A stretch of 63,703 bases of DNA, filler included, from Reticulomyxa filosa (taxonomy: Eukaryota; Protista; Foraminifera): the NCBI GenBank assembly GCA_000512085.1. It is 23 parts of 23 records of this genome, joined end to end, with 100 filler letters (N's around TTAATTAATTAA, not from the genome) between each part and the next. Parts side by side here need not be neighbours in the genome. Positions count along the whole stretch, not along the records: positions 49,982 to 53,141 come from ASPP01019557.1; positions 53,242 to 54,682 come from ASPP01009751.1; positions 54,783 to 60,923 come from ASPP01003887.1; positions 61,024 to 62,053 come from ASPP01045438.1; positions 62,154 to 63,703 come from ASPP01007823.1; 18 more parts are not named here. One strand, 5' to 3'. The position numbers and the translations under genes were made by a program. The notes beneath the pieces are model-generated. The model made no database searches. It had not been told where the DNA came from and saw only the letters and a program-made list of their open reading frames with translations. Positions 52,886 to 63,529 of this stretch are shown here, piece after piece (position 1 is the first letter of the stretch; the number at the start of each line of letters is the position of its first letter).

Positions 52886-53141
52886 ATGGCGACGCAAATG
52901 TATGTTTAATTTTTGTGATTTTATTAGCTTAACTTTGAATGTTTTGTTTGTTTTATTTAACTTAACTAGCTTTGCCAAAACTTTGACCGGAAAAACCATC
53001 ACGTTGGATGTGGAGCACAACGGTACAATTCAAACGTGAAAGCCAAAATTCGGATAAGGAAGGCATTCCTCCTGAGCAACGTCTAATTTTTGCCGGTAAA
53101 CAATTGGAAGGGCCAAAGCTTGTTGTTATAACATCCAAAAG
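52886..53141 (+). pseudogene. Ubiquitin, frameshifted/partial, with one intron
   Basis: MATQI|FAKTLTGKTITLDVE...VKAKI-DKEGIPPEQRLIFAGKQLE...YNIQK, with several deletions. Confidence 0.9.
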
Positions 53142-53302
53142 NNNNNNNNNNNNNNNNNNNNNNNNNNNNNNNNNNNNNNNNNNNNTTAATTAATTAANNN
53201 NNNNNNNNNNNNNNNNNNNNNNNNNNNNNNNNNNNNNNNNNAAAAAAAAAAAAAAAATACACACAGTATCACTTCAGCGAAGTGAAACAGAATATCGCAA
53301 AA

Positions 53303-54600
53303 ATGAAAACCCAACAAAACGCGATTTGCGACGAAGCGTTTCGGAACACAACAAACTACAAGATCATGAGAAAAAACAACCAGAACAAGAACAACAAATG
53401 CAACTACAAGTATACCCGCCCTCACCAAAATCAATTTCGATAACGTCCTCTCGCATGACTCGTTTCATTGAAAAGATATTTGGAAATCGTTCCACTGCTC
53501 CAGTTCATCTAACAGCAAGCGCTATCACCCCCAAGCCCTCTTCCAAAAATATGCCGCGACACGGAACCGAGGTACGCGCCGACACCGTCAATGAAGAAAA
53601 GCGATTGGCAAGACTCAAGGCATTGAAGGGGGGCAGTGGTTGGTTGCTCAAACGAGTTAACTCGCAATGGACACACCTTTAATTACTTTGACTATTTTTT
53701 CACGCGCTTTTATGAAAATGAGATTATTGCATTCATAGTCAACAAAAATGTGCATATGTATATTCTTCAAAGGGAAATAAGGACCAACAAGATGAACAAG
53801 ATAAAAAAATTGATGAGAAAGAGGAAGAGGAAGAAGAATACCTTCCTGGTTATTATAATATTTACACTTTGTCTTTTATTATTATTAGTGTCATAGCCTT
53901 GATGTGGAATGATCTGTATGCTACTAAAAAAAAAACAAACAGGTTTACCCCCACAACCGACGTATGATGCATACAATGATACGATCGATCAAAAAGAATT
54001 AGTGGAAATGAAACAACAACCTGGACCTGCAGCTGAGACGGAACTTCCGGCAATCCGCGGTACGTTGCTCAATCAGGAACCCAGAACAAAGAAGGAACCA
54101 GAACAAAAAATTCCAGAGGAGATCAAAACTGAAAGCCAATTGGAAACTGCAAACAAACAACATGATTCATTAAGACTATTGCCCAGTTGAGAGAAAAGTT
54201 TGGCTTTTTTTATTGGTTGTTTTGTATGCGTGTGTACATATGTATGTATTTTTTTTTTTTTTTTTTTTTTAACTCTTTTTTTGTTGACTTGTTTGTATTT
54301 CTCTTCTTCTTTTTTAATTACAATTCGCCAATGAAAAGCTTCCACTCAAAATCCGGATTCTCCTGCTCCTTCTTCTCCTCTGAAAGCGTTAAATGGGCTC
54401 AACGCTGCAAGTATAGGGCAATCCATTGGCGTTCATCTAGTGCCACAAAGGGGGAAGCGTAGCCACTCCGACCCTGATTTACGATCTGCAAATATCATTT
54501 GGAAAGAGTTGGTAACTGCAGTGCAAGTCGCTACGCATGCTCCAAAAGGATTACCTCAACAACCAAACGCAACCACTGGTTCTGTTTTGTTTTGTTTTTT
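53303..54600 (+). CDS. Hypothetical multi-exon protein (partial)
   Basis: Several co-oriented, disordered-composition ORFs separated by T-rich introns. Confidence 0.4.
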
Positions 54601-54648
54601 TCTTCCTTATATTCATATCTCGCATTCTTAGTATTTAATTGCACTTTA

Positions 54649-54682
<34 letters not shown>

Positions 54683-54782
54683 NNNNNNNNNNNNNNNNNN
54701 NNNNNNNNNNNNNNNNNNNNNNNNNNTTAATTAATTAANNNNNNNNNNNNNNNNNNNNNNNNNNNNNNNNNNNNNNNNNNNN

Positions 54783-56672
54783 ATATATATATTATGATGA
54801 TATACATGAAGCTGTGGGACGACTGGAAATGCTTTTGGAACCATCAAAATAATCACATTTATCTTGTACACTTTTGGTTGGCCTTTGTTGCAACAACTCC
54901 TCGATAGTTTCACTCTTGTCCTGTTGTCTCTTATCATGCGTGTGTGCTTGCTCCGTCTCCATCTTTGTCCATTCGACCAAAATTTTTGTATATCATTGCA
55001 CGTGTCGTCCGTCGATTCCAGCGTTTTCATCCCCAGCGGGAGCACGAATCCATTTTTGCTTGGAAAATAATCGGGAAATTCTTTCATGGCGCGACAGCGC
55101 TTGGAGGAATGGCCGTCGTCTTTGGTCTTCTGGGGATGGGGGTGGGGATGGGGGTGGGGGTGGTCGCAAGTCTTTGGCCAATCCAAGTTGGGCAAATCGA
55201 CGTGACTGATGTCGGAGTGGAAAACGTATTGGCCAGAGTGATCATCGGAGATATCTTTTCTTCGCACATTGGCTTCGTGTTTGAGTGTACTGTTGTATTC
55301 TCCGGTTTTTTGTTCTCCTACGTCGGCTTCGTGCTCGCCTCTACTTCCTCTACTTCCTCTACTTCCACTTCCGCCCTCACCTTCGCACAGTTGTTCTCTT
55401 CGTGACATGTCATCCATGTCGACATTGTCTCCGTAAGAACAGTTGCAATTGAGGAAGTCGAGCAATGATCGGTGCTTGCGGAGGAACTCATGACTGCGAG
55501 ATTTCGCTTTTTGGTCATGGCCAAGATTGTCATTGTCACAATATTTCAAAAGCGACTCAAAGATTTGATATTGTTTCAAATACTCCCGACAGCTTTTGTA
55601 TTTGTGTTTATTGTTATTTTTATTACCGGGACTATGATTATGACAGTGCCCATGGCCGTGATCATGACCATGATTATGATTATGATTATGATTATGGTTA
55701 TGATTATGATTGTGATTATGACTATGACTGTGGTGAGCATGTTCGTTCTTAGAACCGCTGGATTTGGCTTCGTCATCAATCGGCAGTTGTACTTCCCAGG
55801 GATCGTCAAACAGGTAATGATCGAACCATTGAACCGCGGAAAGAGACACTTTGAACAACTTTTCGGCATGATCACACGCGTAGGAAAGAAGTAAATACAA
55901 AAAATGATGGAGTGTCGTCTGCATCTGCACCTGAAGTTGTAGCTGCAGCTGCGACTGAGCTTGCATTGTTCGAGAGCGGTCTTGAGCAACAGACGTGGAC
56001 GTTGCATTGCCATCGACAGACTCGTGATGAAGACAGTCGATGATGGTGGTGGGGGTGGTGGTGGTGGGGGTGATGGTGGCATCATTGATACTCTGAATCA
56101 AAGACTGTTGCACCACATGCAAGATCTGCAGGTAATTCAAGGTCGGAAAGGCCTCATCCAATTGAAACAGCAAATCCAGAGTCCCGCAAAACAGACGACG
56201 AAAATCACAGGGATGCAATTTGACCACCCAATTGGAAAGCAATTGGAAGCATTTGCTATGAGGCTCCAGCAAAACGTGTTCGGGACAAGAATAAATCCGC
56301 GACACTCGAATGCCGCTCTGGAATCCGCGTCGAACCAACTCCATGCAATCCGTGGACAGTTCACGCGATTTGTAAATGCATTGATGGAAGTCGATGATCT
56401 TTTTCGTCAATTGCGAGAAGCGCCAGAAAAACAGAGCTATGCTGTCTTCCAGTTCATTCAAGCGATACTCCACAAATGATGCATCATCTCCAGGAGCATA
56501 GCATGGTCTCCAGTCTTTGCCCAGTTTCAAAAAGTCTTGACTTAGTTTGTCGTCTGCAAATTTCCATTCGCGTTTCCAAATTGGCACTTTTTCTGTTTCT
56601 TTTTCTTTTTTTTTTTTTTTTTTGTATTTTTATATATTGTTCAATAGTGTCATTCATTTATGAACAAAGGAA

Positions 56673-56707
<35 letters not shown>

Positions 56708-59700
56708 ATACTGTTGTTGCTCCTTAGCCGTGAGCAATCTTTCGTCGATCGCGTGAAGTGGGTTGTCCACCTCCATGGCCTTCACGTCACTGCTGTCCGC
56801 ATTCGTGGCTTTGACATCACTGTGCGAATGCTGTTCGGCGGACGTGGCGTGCTTGTGCGGGAGATAGCCGGCGTCACTGGGCTTGAATGAAGGGGGCGGT
56901 TGATACTGCGGGTCGCCGAACAACAAAAACGGAGGGAGGTCTTGGATCACTGCGGGAGTGCAGTGGGGCGGCGGTGGGTTGTTTTGTGCCATTTGAAATG
57001 TGTGCAATTTTTTGTGGTTCCAGTAACAAAAGTATCGAGTGATGTCCGCGTCCATGCTTTCCAATTTCATCACGACCAACCACAGACATTTTTTTAGCAC
57101 TTCTAAATAATCTTTTTTGATTTGAGACTTTTGCTCGGATGTGGAATATTTAGTATTGTCATTATTATTATTATTATTATTATTATTGTTATTGTTGTTG
57201 TTGGTCGAACTGGTTTCTTCAATGTTTGTTTTTTTGCTTTCGGCGCTGGAGTTATCGGCATCTGCAAAAAAAGGGGCATCCTTATCACCGCTCATTGTGC
57301 TGACGTCGCTCTTGCGAAGACTGCTGTCATGAGCGTCTTTATGATCATCCTTGTCCGCAGTAGCGGTGGCAGTGGCAGTGACAGTGGAAGCGAGTAAACG
57401 CGGTTTTTTGGAGAGAAGCAAAAGAGGCTGGTGCTTGGTCTTGATAGGGGATGCGTGGAGGTGAGGACTCATCAAGGGCAGGTCAATCAGATCGTCTTCC
57501 ATGTCTTGTCGCGTACGCTTGCGCGGATGTGACAAGGACGGAGCCAGATTCGACCACGTCGGCATGTGTCTCAAGTGCGACTCCTCTTTCTTTTTCATCG
57601 CCTGGGCCTGGATCATCGTCTTCCCAAATAGGGCGACGCATTGTTCGTAGTTGTTGATTTGCGTGCTGCACGTGTCGATGACCCATTGGAGGATATCAGT
57701 AATCGACCGGTCAAACGTGCCAATGTAGCTGCGATCGCACAGTAATCGCGAACAGAAGAGCAACGCGTCATTCAGCAATCGCGGACTCAAGTAATGAGAT
57801 ACCACAAGTTTGTCTTCGCTGTATCGTAAAATGAACTCCTCTATTATTGTTATTTCTCTTTTTTTTTTTTTTTAATAAAAAAAAAAATTTAAAAAAAAAT
57901 AAAATAAAATAAACACAACTGTCGTAAACTGGCAATGTGGCCAATCGGATGTGTATTCGTCCCAACAGCATGGCAACAAAGGATCCGATCTTGCACATCA
58001 AGAAGATGGTATCATTGCGATCGACGTAGGTGGGATAGCGTGACAGCTGTTGAAAGGGCTTCCATTTGGTATGAGCATTAGCGTATTGATGCACGTTGTC
58101 CGATGGCATTTGTAAATAAAGATCTTCTCGAAACAGCGCATTGCCGACAATGGAGGAGTGTTGCGGATCCCACAGCATCCCTTCTAAAAATAGACAATGT
58201 GCAAAGGACTCACATACTGTACTCGCGCTGTTCACCCCAAAGCCATCTCGAAATATCTCTTTCAATATTCGCAAATACTTTTGCCGGTTCTCTCTACCTT
58301 TGTCGCTGTCGATGAACAAGCCAAACTGATTCATCATCGCTTGACACAGGCCTTGCAGCAGCGGTAAGATTTGTTTCGCCCAGTGTCTCCACTTCTTCTC
58401 GCCGTCCGGTGGTACGCCATGTCGACCCGCACTCTTGTCCTTCTCCTGCCAGTGCTTTAATTCGCCGCTGTAATCGGATTGAAATTGCTTTAGAAATACG
58501 TTTACTTGTTCCAAGCATTGCAATCGATGTGAAAACACTTGTTCGCGAAGTGACTTTTGTATTTATATATATATATATATATATATAAATACAAAAGTCA
58601 TTTTTTTTTTTTAAATTAAAAGTAACTGTGTTTTGTTGAAAATGCTCATTATTGCCACATTCAATAAAAAAGTTAACATACGACTTGAGCCACTGGAAGA
58701 GGAGAGATGACACATCGGCGTCCGTGGTGGTGACGTCGGGATGGATCATTTCGACGAGACTTTCCTTGTTGAAGGAGGCGGAGCTGGAAAGCATGAGATT
58801 GGAGTTGTGATCCAAAGTGACGGAGGAAAAAGAGAAGGAGGAAGAGGAGGTGCCATGAACACTGGCCTTGTTCGACGCCTCGGTCAGTTGCTTTCGCCAA
58901 TGATGCAGCTTGGGCAGCCAAGACGCCATTGGCGTAGCGTCAAAGCTGTATTTGGCGACAATGTCACGAGCTGTAATGAAGCTGATGAAACTCAAGGACT
59001 GAGTCATCATTCGATATGCACACCCTTGTTCGTCATTGAAAGTGAACCACTCGTTCAATTGGACGTTGTTTCTTTGCAGTCGTGTTTTTATGTGTTCGAT
59101 GTAATTGCTACAAAGTCTTTTTATTTCTTCAAATAATTCCAATGATCCGAATTGTTGATAGAATGCGTGTAATTTATTCTTTCGTTACATATTATATATA
59201 ATATATATATATATTATATATAATATGTAACGAAAGTCCATTAGAATAGTGATCAAACCCAAAAAAAAAAAAAAAAAAAAAAACATACCATCAATCCCAT
59301 CATTTCATTGTGACGATTGGATGAAAGGCTAAACGGAGATGAAAAATACTTTGCTTCAATAGACTCCATGGTTTTAATAAAATCCTTCATTTCTTTCACC
59401 AAATGGTGCAACGACTCGATGAACAGCTTATTCACACGAGAACCGATTTCTTCATTTTCGTCACACAAATATTGCTGACAGATTTTAAACAACTGCTTCC
59501 AACTCGTGCCCGTCAACAGCTTTTTGTTAATCGATATTCCATCCATTATGCTCAGCTTCAACTTTTGCAAGGCTGGCATTTCAAACACTTTCATTACCAC
59601 ACATGTTGTGGACGACGATGGAGATATGCTCTTTGTCGATGACTCAGTCGTCGAGTCATCACCTGTATGACGGCTGTCGTCCTCTTTGCATTCCTTACGC

Positions 59701-59954
59701 TTTGTGGCCGGCAATTTCTCCAACATATCCAATGCCGTCTCCAATAACAAACGCTCCAATTTTTCCTTCTCTTCTTCTCCTTCTTTTTTTTGTGCTTCTT
59801 CTATCAAAATCTTCACTTGCTGATATTTTTTCATCAACTCATTCATGTCCGTTTCACTCTGCATTTGCTCAACTAAACGAGTCGCTGACAACAGACACTC
59901 GGAAATTAAACTTCCTATACTCTTATCTAATTCTGGTAGATAAGGGCTAGACAT
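54783..59954 (-). CDS. Large hypothetical multi-exon protein with His-Asn, poly-N and HP repeats
   Basis: Five long co-oriented ORFs (59253-59954, 58294-59142, 57768-58538, 56654-57805, 54731-56587) separated by short AT-rich introns. No family recognised. Confidence 0.7.
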
Positions 59955-60326
59955 TTACTCTTTTATTGTTTGCTTTGTTTTTTTTTTATGCTCAGACCTA
60001 CGAAGCTAGAATTGGATTGTCCAAAAAAAAAGATTTCTTTTTTTTTTTTTTGTACTGACAAAACAAAAAGAATAAAGCGGTCAATTGACCAGCGCTACGC
60101 GAGTAGATAACATTTCCATATATGAGACTGTTAGTGTATTGCTCAATCTGGAATATTTCAATATAATTTTTTTAAAAAAAAACAAGACCATTTTGCTAAG
60201 GGTGTCTGTTCAGGTTGGCACTCGCCCTGAATTTTCGTATTCTCTTTCAATAGCCTTTTAGTTTGATTTTGAAAAACTACACACATCACTTTTTATCCAA
60301 AAGAAAGTGAAAAAAAAGCAAAAAAG

Positions 60327-60812
60327 ATGTCTTTCCGGTCTTTGGACATGAGCTATATCCAGATAATTTTGCCAACAGCAGTAGCGGAAGAATTTGCAGA
60401 CTCAGTTGGCCGAGAGGGTTGCATTCAATTTACGGACTTAAATGAAGATGTGCAACCATTCCAACGGCCCTACACGAAAGACATTGTTCGTATTCAAGAG
60501 ATTGAAAGAAGGGTCAAAGACATTGAAAACCAGCTGAAGGAATACAAAGTAGTATTTGACAGCCAAATGACCCCATCCGAGCTGTGCACCCATCGAAGAC
60601 ATGCCACGGTTGATACGATCCAAGTTGCGTATTTTGCGAAAAAAAAGTGTTCATTTTTTTTTTTTTTTTTTTTGGTTGCTTATGCGTGGGTATCAAAACT
60701 TTGAGCGAAAAAAAACCCACAAACGCTAGAGAGATGTCTACAAAACGTTCCAAGAGCTGAGGACTCAAGGAAGTGCAGAAAAGGATTTGAAAAAGCAATG
60801 GATCGAACGACA
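60327..60812 (+). CDS. VPH1: V-type ATPase V0 subunit a (Vph1), N-terminal exons
   Basis: MSFRSLDMSYIQI...GCIQFTDLNEDVQPFQRPYTKDIVRIQEIERR matches the FRSE.M...QF.DLN..V..FQR motif. Confidence 0.92.
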
Positions 60813-61023
60813 GGTGAAAAGAAAAGAGGGGAGAAAAAAAAAGGATTGTAATTCAGATGAGGGGAGGAAAAAAGGAAGATTCATAGAAAGATTTTTTTTT
60901 TCCCCCTTTTTTTTGGGGGGGGGNNNNNNNNNNNNNNNNNNNNNNNNNNNNNNNNNNNNNNNNNNNNTTAATTAATTAANNNNNNNNNNNNNNNNNNNNN
61001 NNNNNNNNNNNNNNNNNNNNNNN

Positions 61024-61086
61024 GTTAAATATGATTTGAATTTATGTTATGGTTCAGACAAAGGTCAAATTCGTATTTGGGGATAA
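61024..61086 (+). CDS. 3' end of a WD40-family gene
   Basis: VKYDLNLCYGSDKGQIRIWG* has the same C-terminal form as the other family members. Confidence 0.55.
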   Translation, partial: VKYDLNLCYGSDKGQIRIWG

Positions 61087-61399
61087 TTTACTTTTTTATC
61101 GAATAAGAAATGATAGTGTTTTTTTTTGAAACGTTGATTAAAGGAAAGTAATGTGATGTTAAACTTGTTTGATTTGATTGAATGTAAGCATTGAAAAATG
61201 TTTTCCATTTTACTTTGTTGTTTAAAAAAGTGGAAATAGTTGCATTCATGTTTTTTAAAGAATTGAAAAGCATAATAAATGAAAACTTCACTTTGCAAAA
61301 GAATTGATTGTATTTTTGTGACCTTATAACACGTTATTAAAATTAATAGTAAATGGTTGCAGATTGAATATCAGCAATGTAAGAACATTATTAAAAGTT

Positions 61400-61705
61400 A
61401 TTACACGAACTGTTTTATCTTCTGATCCAGAATAAATGAATTGACAATCACCAAATGTTGAATAATCAATACTCCACACAATGCTTGTATGTCCAGTGAA
61501 TGTATTGATTAATTTGGATGATGAATAAAATATTTCAAACATGAAGACAGTATATATCTATGTTAAATAAACATTTAAAAAAAGATAGGACAAATGAACT
61601 GGCATAATTGACAACAAATTTATCAAAATCTTTGATCCATCCTAATTGAATGTTGAATGTTCGAATCCAATGATGAATAATGATTTGGCTCTATTCTTCT
61701 TTTGA
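61400..61705 (-). pseudogene. Truncated WD40-family pseudogene
   Basis: IIIHHWIRTFNIQLGWIKDFDKFVVNY exon, then FTGHTSIVWSIDYS...SGSEDKTVRV, then abrupt loss of similarity. Confidence 0.8.
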
Positions 61706-62153
61706 CTGTTTCAATCATAAAGCAAAATGAGAAAAACAATACTAATAAAAACCTAAAAAAATAGCTTAAACGAAATTTTCATTACTAAGCTAAAGTATCT
61801 TCTTTTTTTAAAGCTCATGAAGGGTCAATAAATAAACTTTGTATTAGAGATAAGTATTTTTTGTTTTGTAAAATGTTAAGACTTTGGATTACAAGTATAA
61901 ATATTTGAATTATATATATGTGAAAAAACTAACAACAAACAATAACTTTGTGAAAAAATATTTGAAAAAACTGACACTAAACTATGTTAAGCTCTAGTTG
62001 AGCCAATAACACAAGGAAAATCAACAAAATACTAAAAACATTACACAAAAAAANNNNNNNNNNNNNNNNNNNNNNNNNNNNNNNNNNNNNNNNNNNNTTA
62101 ATTAATTAANNNNNNNNNNNNNNNNNNNNNNNNNNNNNNNNNNNNNNNNNNNN

Positions 62154-62347
62154 TTCTTTTTATAAACCCTGTTGTCAATGATATATTATCCGCCAGTTGA
62201 TTGAAAAATTCCTTGATAGTCTTTGATATGAAATCTATGTTTCTCATTTATAAGTTCTCTTATTAGTTAGTTACCTAAGAGAACTTATATTATTTGCCTG
62301 ATATAGGCCATTCTAATTCCTTTCTTCTCCTTAACTTGACGCGTATG
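62154..62347 (-). mobile_element. IS4-family (IS231-like) element: left end and transposase N-terminus
   Basis: The end CATACGCGTCAAGTTAAG (62347-62330) resembles IS231-type CAT-starting TIRs. The ORF from ATG 62247, MRNIDFISKTIKEFFNQLADNISLTTGFIKR, resembles Wolbachia/Rickettsiales IS4 transposases. Confidence 0.8.
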
Positions 62348-62409
62348 GGTCTTTAAACGCTCCCGTCTATTGCCGATTCTCCTAAAATTATCCTTTGATA
62401 ATGCGGTGG

Positions 62410-62438
62410 CATTGCCGCGATTGTTAGAGCCGGCAATG
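62410..62438 (-). terminator. Hairpin just downstream of the small ORF
   Basis: CATTGCCG (62410-62417) pairs with CGGCAATG (62431-62438), starting 1 nt after the stop. No U-tract. Confidence 0.45.
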
Positions 62439-62439
62439 T

Positions 62440-62625
62440 TTAGCCATGTGGTAGCATTTGCTTTATATTTTCTTTTTGTACCCCCACCGGTCCTGTATCC
62501 CCCTTGCCAGGATTAGGTATTGATTCCTTTTGCGTAGTACTCGGGCTGCGCTCCGCCTTCTTTTGAGTTACGAATTGGCCTGTTTTAGAGCTTCTGTAAC
62601 CAGTGTGGCTTTGTTTTTTAGGCAT
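62440..62625 (-). CDS. Small basic bacterial protein (RSSKTGQFV motif family, function unknown)
   Basis: MPKKQSHTGYRSSKTGQFVTQKKAERSPSTTQKESIPNPGKGDTG; purine-rich AGAAGAG lies upstream of the ATG, with a promoter beyond it. Confidence 0.75.
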   Translation of the reverse strand: MPKKQSHTGYRSSKTGQFVTQKKAERSPSTTQKESIPNPGKGDTGPVGVQKENIKQMLPHG

Positions 62626-62653
62626 ATATATTCTCTTCTGTTATCAGTTGTTA

Positions 62654-62722
62654 TCGGAAACACGATATTGTACGTATCGCTATTCCGAACCCCACGATAT
62701 TGCGCTTAATTTCGCTTGTCAA
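62654..62722 (-). promoter_or_regulatory. Sigma70 promoter with two 10-bp repeats and a 5' hairpin
   Basis: TTGACA (62722-62717), 17 nt, TATCGT. CACGATATTG at 62661-62670 and 62693-62702. TCGGAA/TTCCGA stem 62654-62688. Confidence 0.7.
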
Positions 62723-62836
62723 CTAAAAGGGGTCTTGTGCTTACCACCCGACAAAAGTTTGCCAGGAATTGGCCCACAGGCCTGCTAGCTGCTAAAAACT
62801 ATCGTAGCGTATTATACGAACTATACCCCTATAACT

Positions 62837-63211
62837 TCATAGGTCTTCATTGAAAATATTATTAAGATCAAGAACCTCTATCAAAGCAACTTTTACCTTG
62901 AACAAAGCTTCCTTATTGCATCTCAGTAGTGGTCCTTCAATCAATCTTTTATTGTCTATAGCCCTTATTTGATCAACCATAATATCTGAATCTTGTTCAA
63001 GCTTTTCTTGAGCTTTTACTCTGATTCTTAGAGGTTCTGCATTCTTAATTAATTTAGTAGTTAATGGAAGGATAATAGTGGATGGATGGTAAACATCGAG
63101 TAAAGTTTGGCTTTGTAAAATCAGTACCGGTCTTGTTTTACCTGCTTCAGTTCCTATTCTTGGGTTTAAATCGGCAAGCCAGATTTCCCCAAAATTATAT
63201 CTTGGAATCAT
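62837..63211 (-). CDS. mazF: MazF/PemK-family type II toxin (endoribonuclease)
   Basis: GEIWLADLNPRIGTEAGKTRPVLILQ...IILPLTT...SDIMVDQIRAIDNKRL. The ATG at 63211 overlaps the end of the antitoxin. Confidence 0.95.
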   Translation of the reverse strand: MIPRYNFGEIWLADLNPRIGTEAGKTRPVLILQSQTLLDVYHPSTIILPLTTKLIKNAEPLRIRVKAQEKLEQDSDIMVDQIRAIDNKRLIEGPLLRCNKEALFKVKVALIEVLDLNNIFNEDL

Positions 63212-63431
63212 CTTCAATTACGCTGAATTCAGTATTAACTTCCATACTATTATTTCTAACTTTTTGGCTTGCTTTTATAAGTTTTTCTCTTTTTAAACTC
63301 GATTTAATTTTTACATTTTGACTATTTATCGCTTCTTGTATATATGCATTTTTTGACAAATGAAGAGATTTAGAGTTTATATCTACTTCATGTAGCATCT
63401 TATCTGGCAATCTAATTGTTAGTATTGGCAT
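63195..63431 (-). CDS. Ribbon-helix-helix (CopG-like) antitoxin
   Basis: MPILTIRLPDKML...SKNAYIQEAI is an RHH pattern. It sits directly upstream of and overlaps the toxin by 17 nt, with C-terminus EVNTEFSVIEDD. Confidence 0.88.
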   Translation of the reverse strand: MPILTIRLPDKMLHEVDINSKSLHLSKNAYIQEAINSQNVKIKSSLKREKLIKASQKVRNNSMEVNTEFSVIEDDSKI

Positions 63432-63447
63432 ACTTGTAACTTAATAT

Positions 63448-63467
63448 ATAATACATAAATGTATTAT
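63448..63467. promoter_or_regulatory. Palindromic operator of the TA operon
   Basis: ATAATACAT-AA-ATGTATTAT, 16 nt upstream of the antitoxin ATG. Confidence 0.65.
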
Positions 63468-63529
63468 GTAAAAGTATTTATAAAATGTAAAACTAATTTT
63501 AGAAAAGCAGTAATAAATAGAAGTGTAAT

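Noticed and set aside
1880-62153. Regularly recurring TTAATTAATTAA flanked by Ns, resembling a repeat array
   Set aside because: Artificial concatenation linker of fixed 100-nt length; not CRISPR and not biological. Apparent gene neighbourhoods across it are meaningless.
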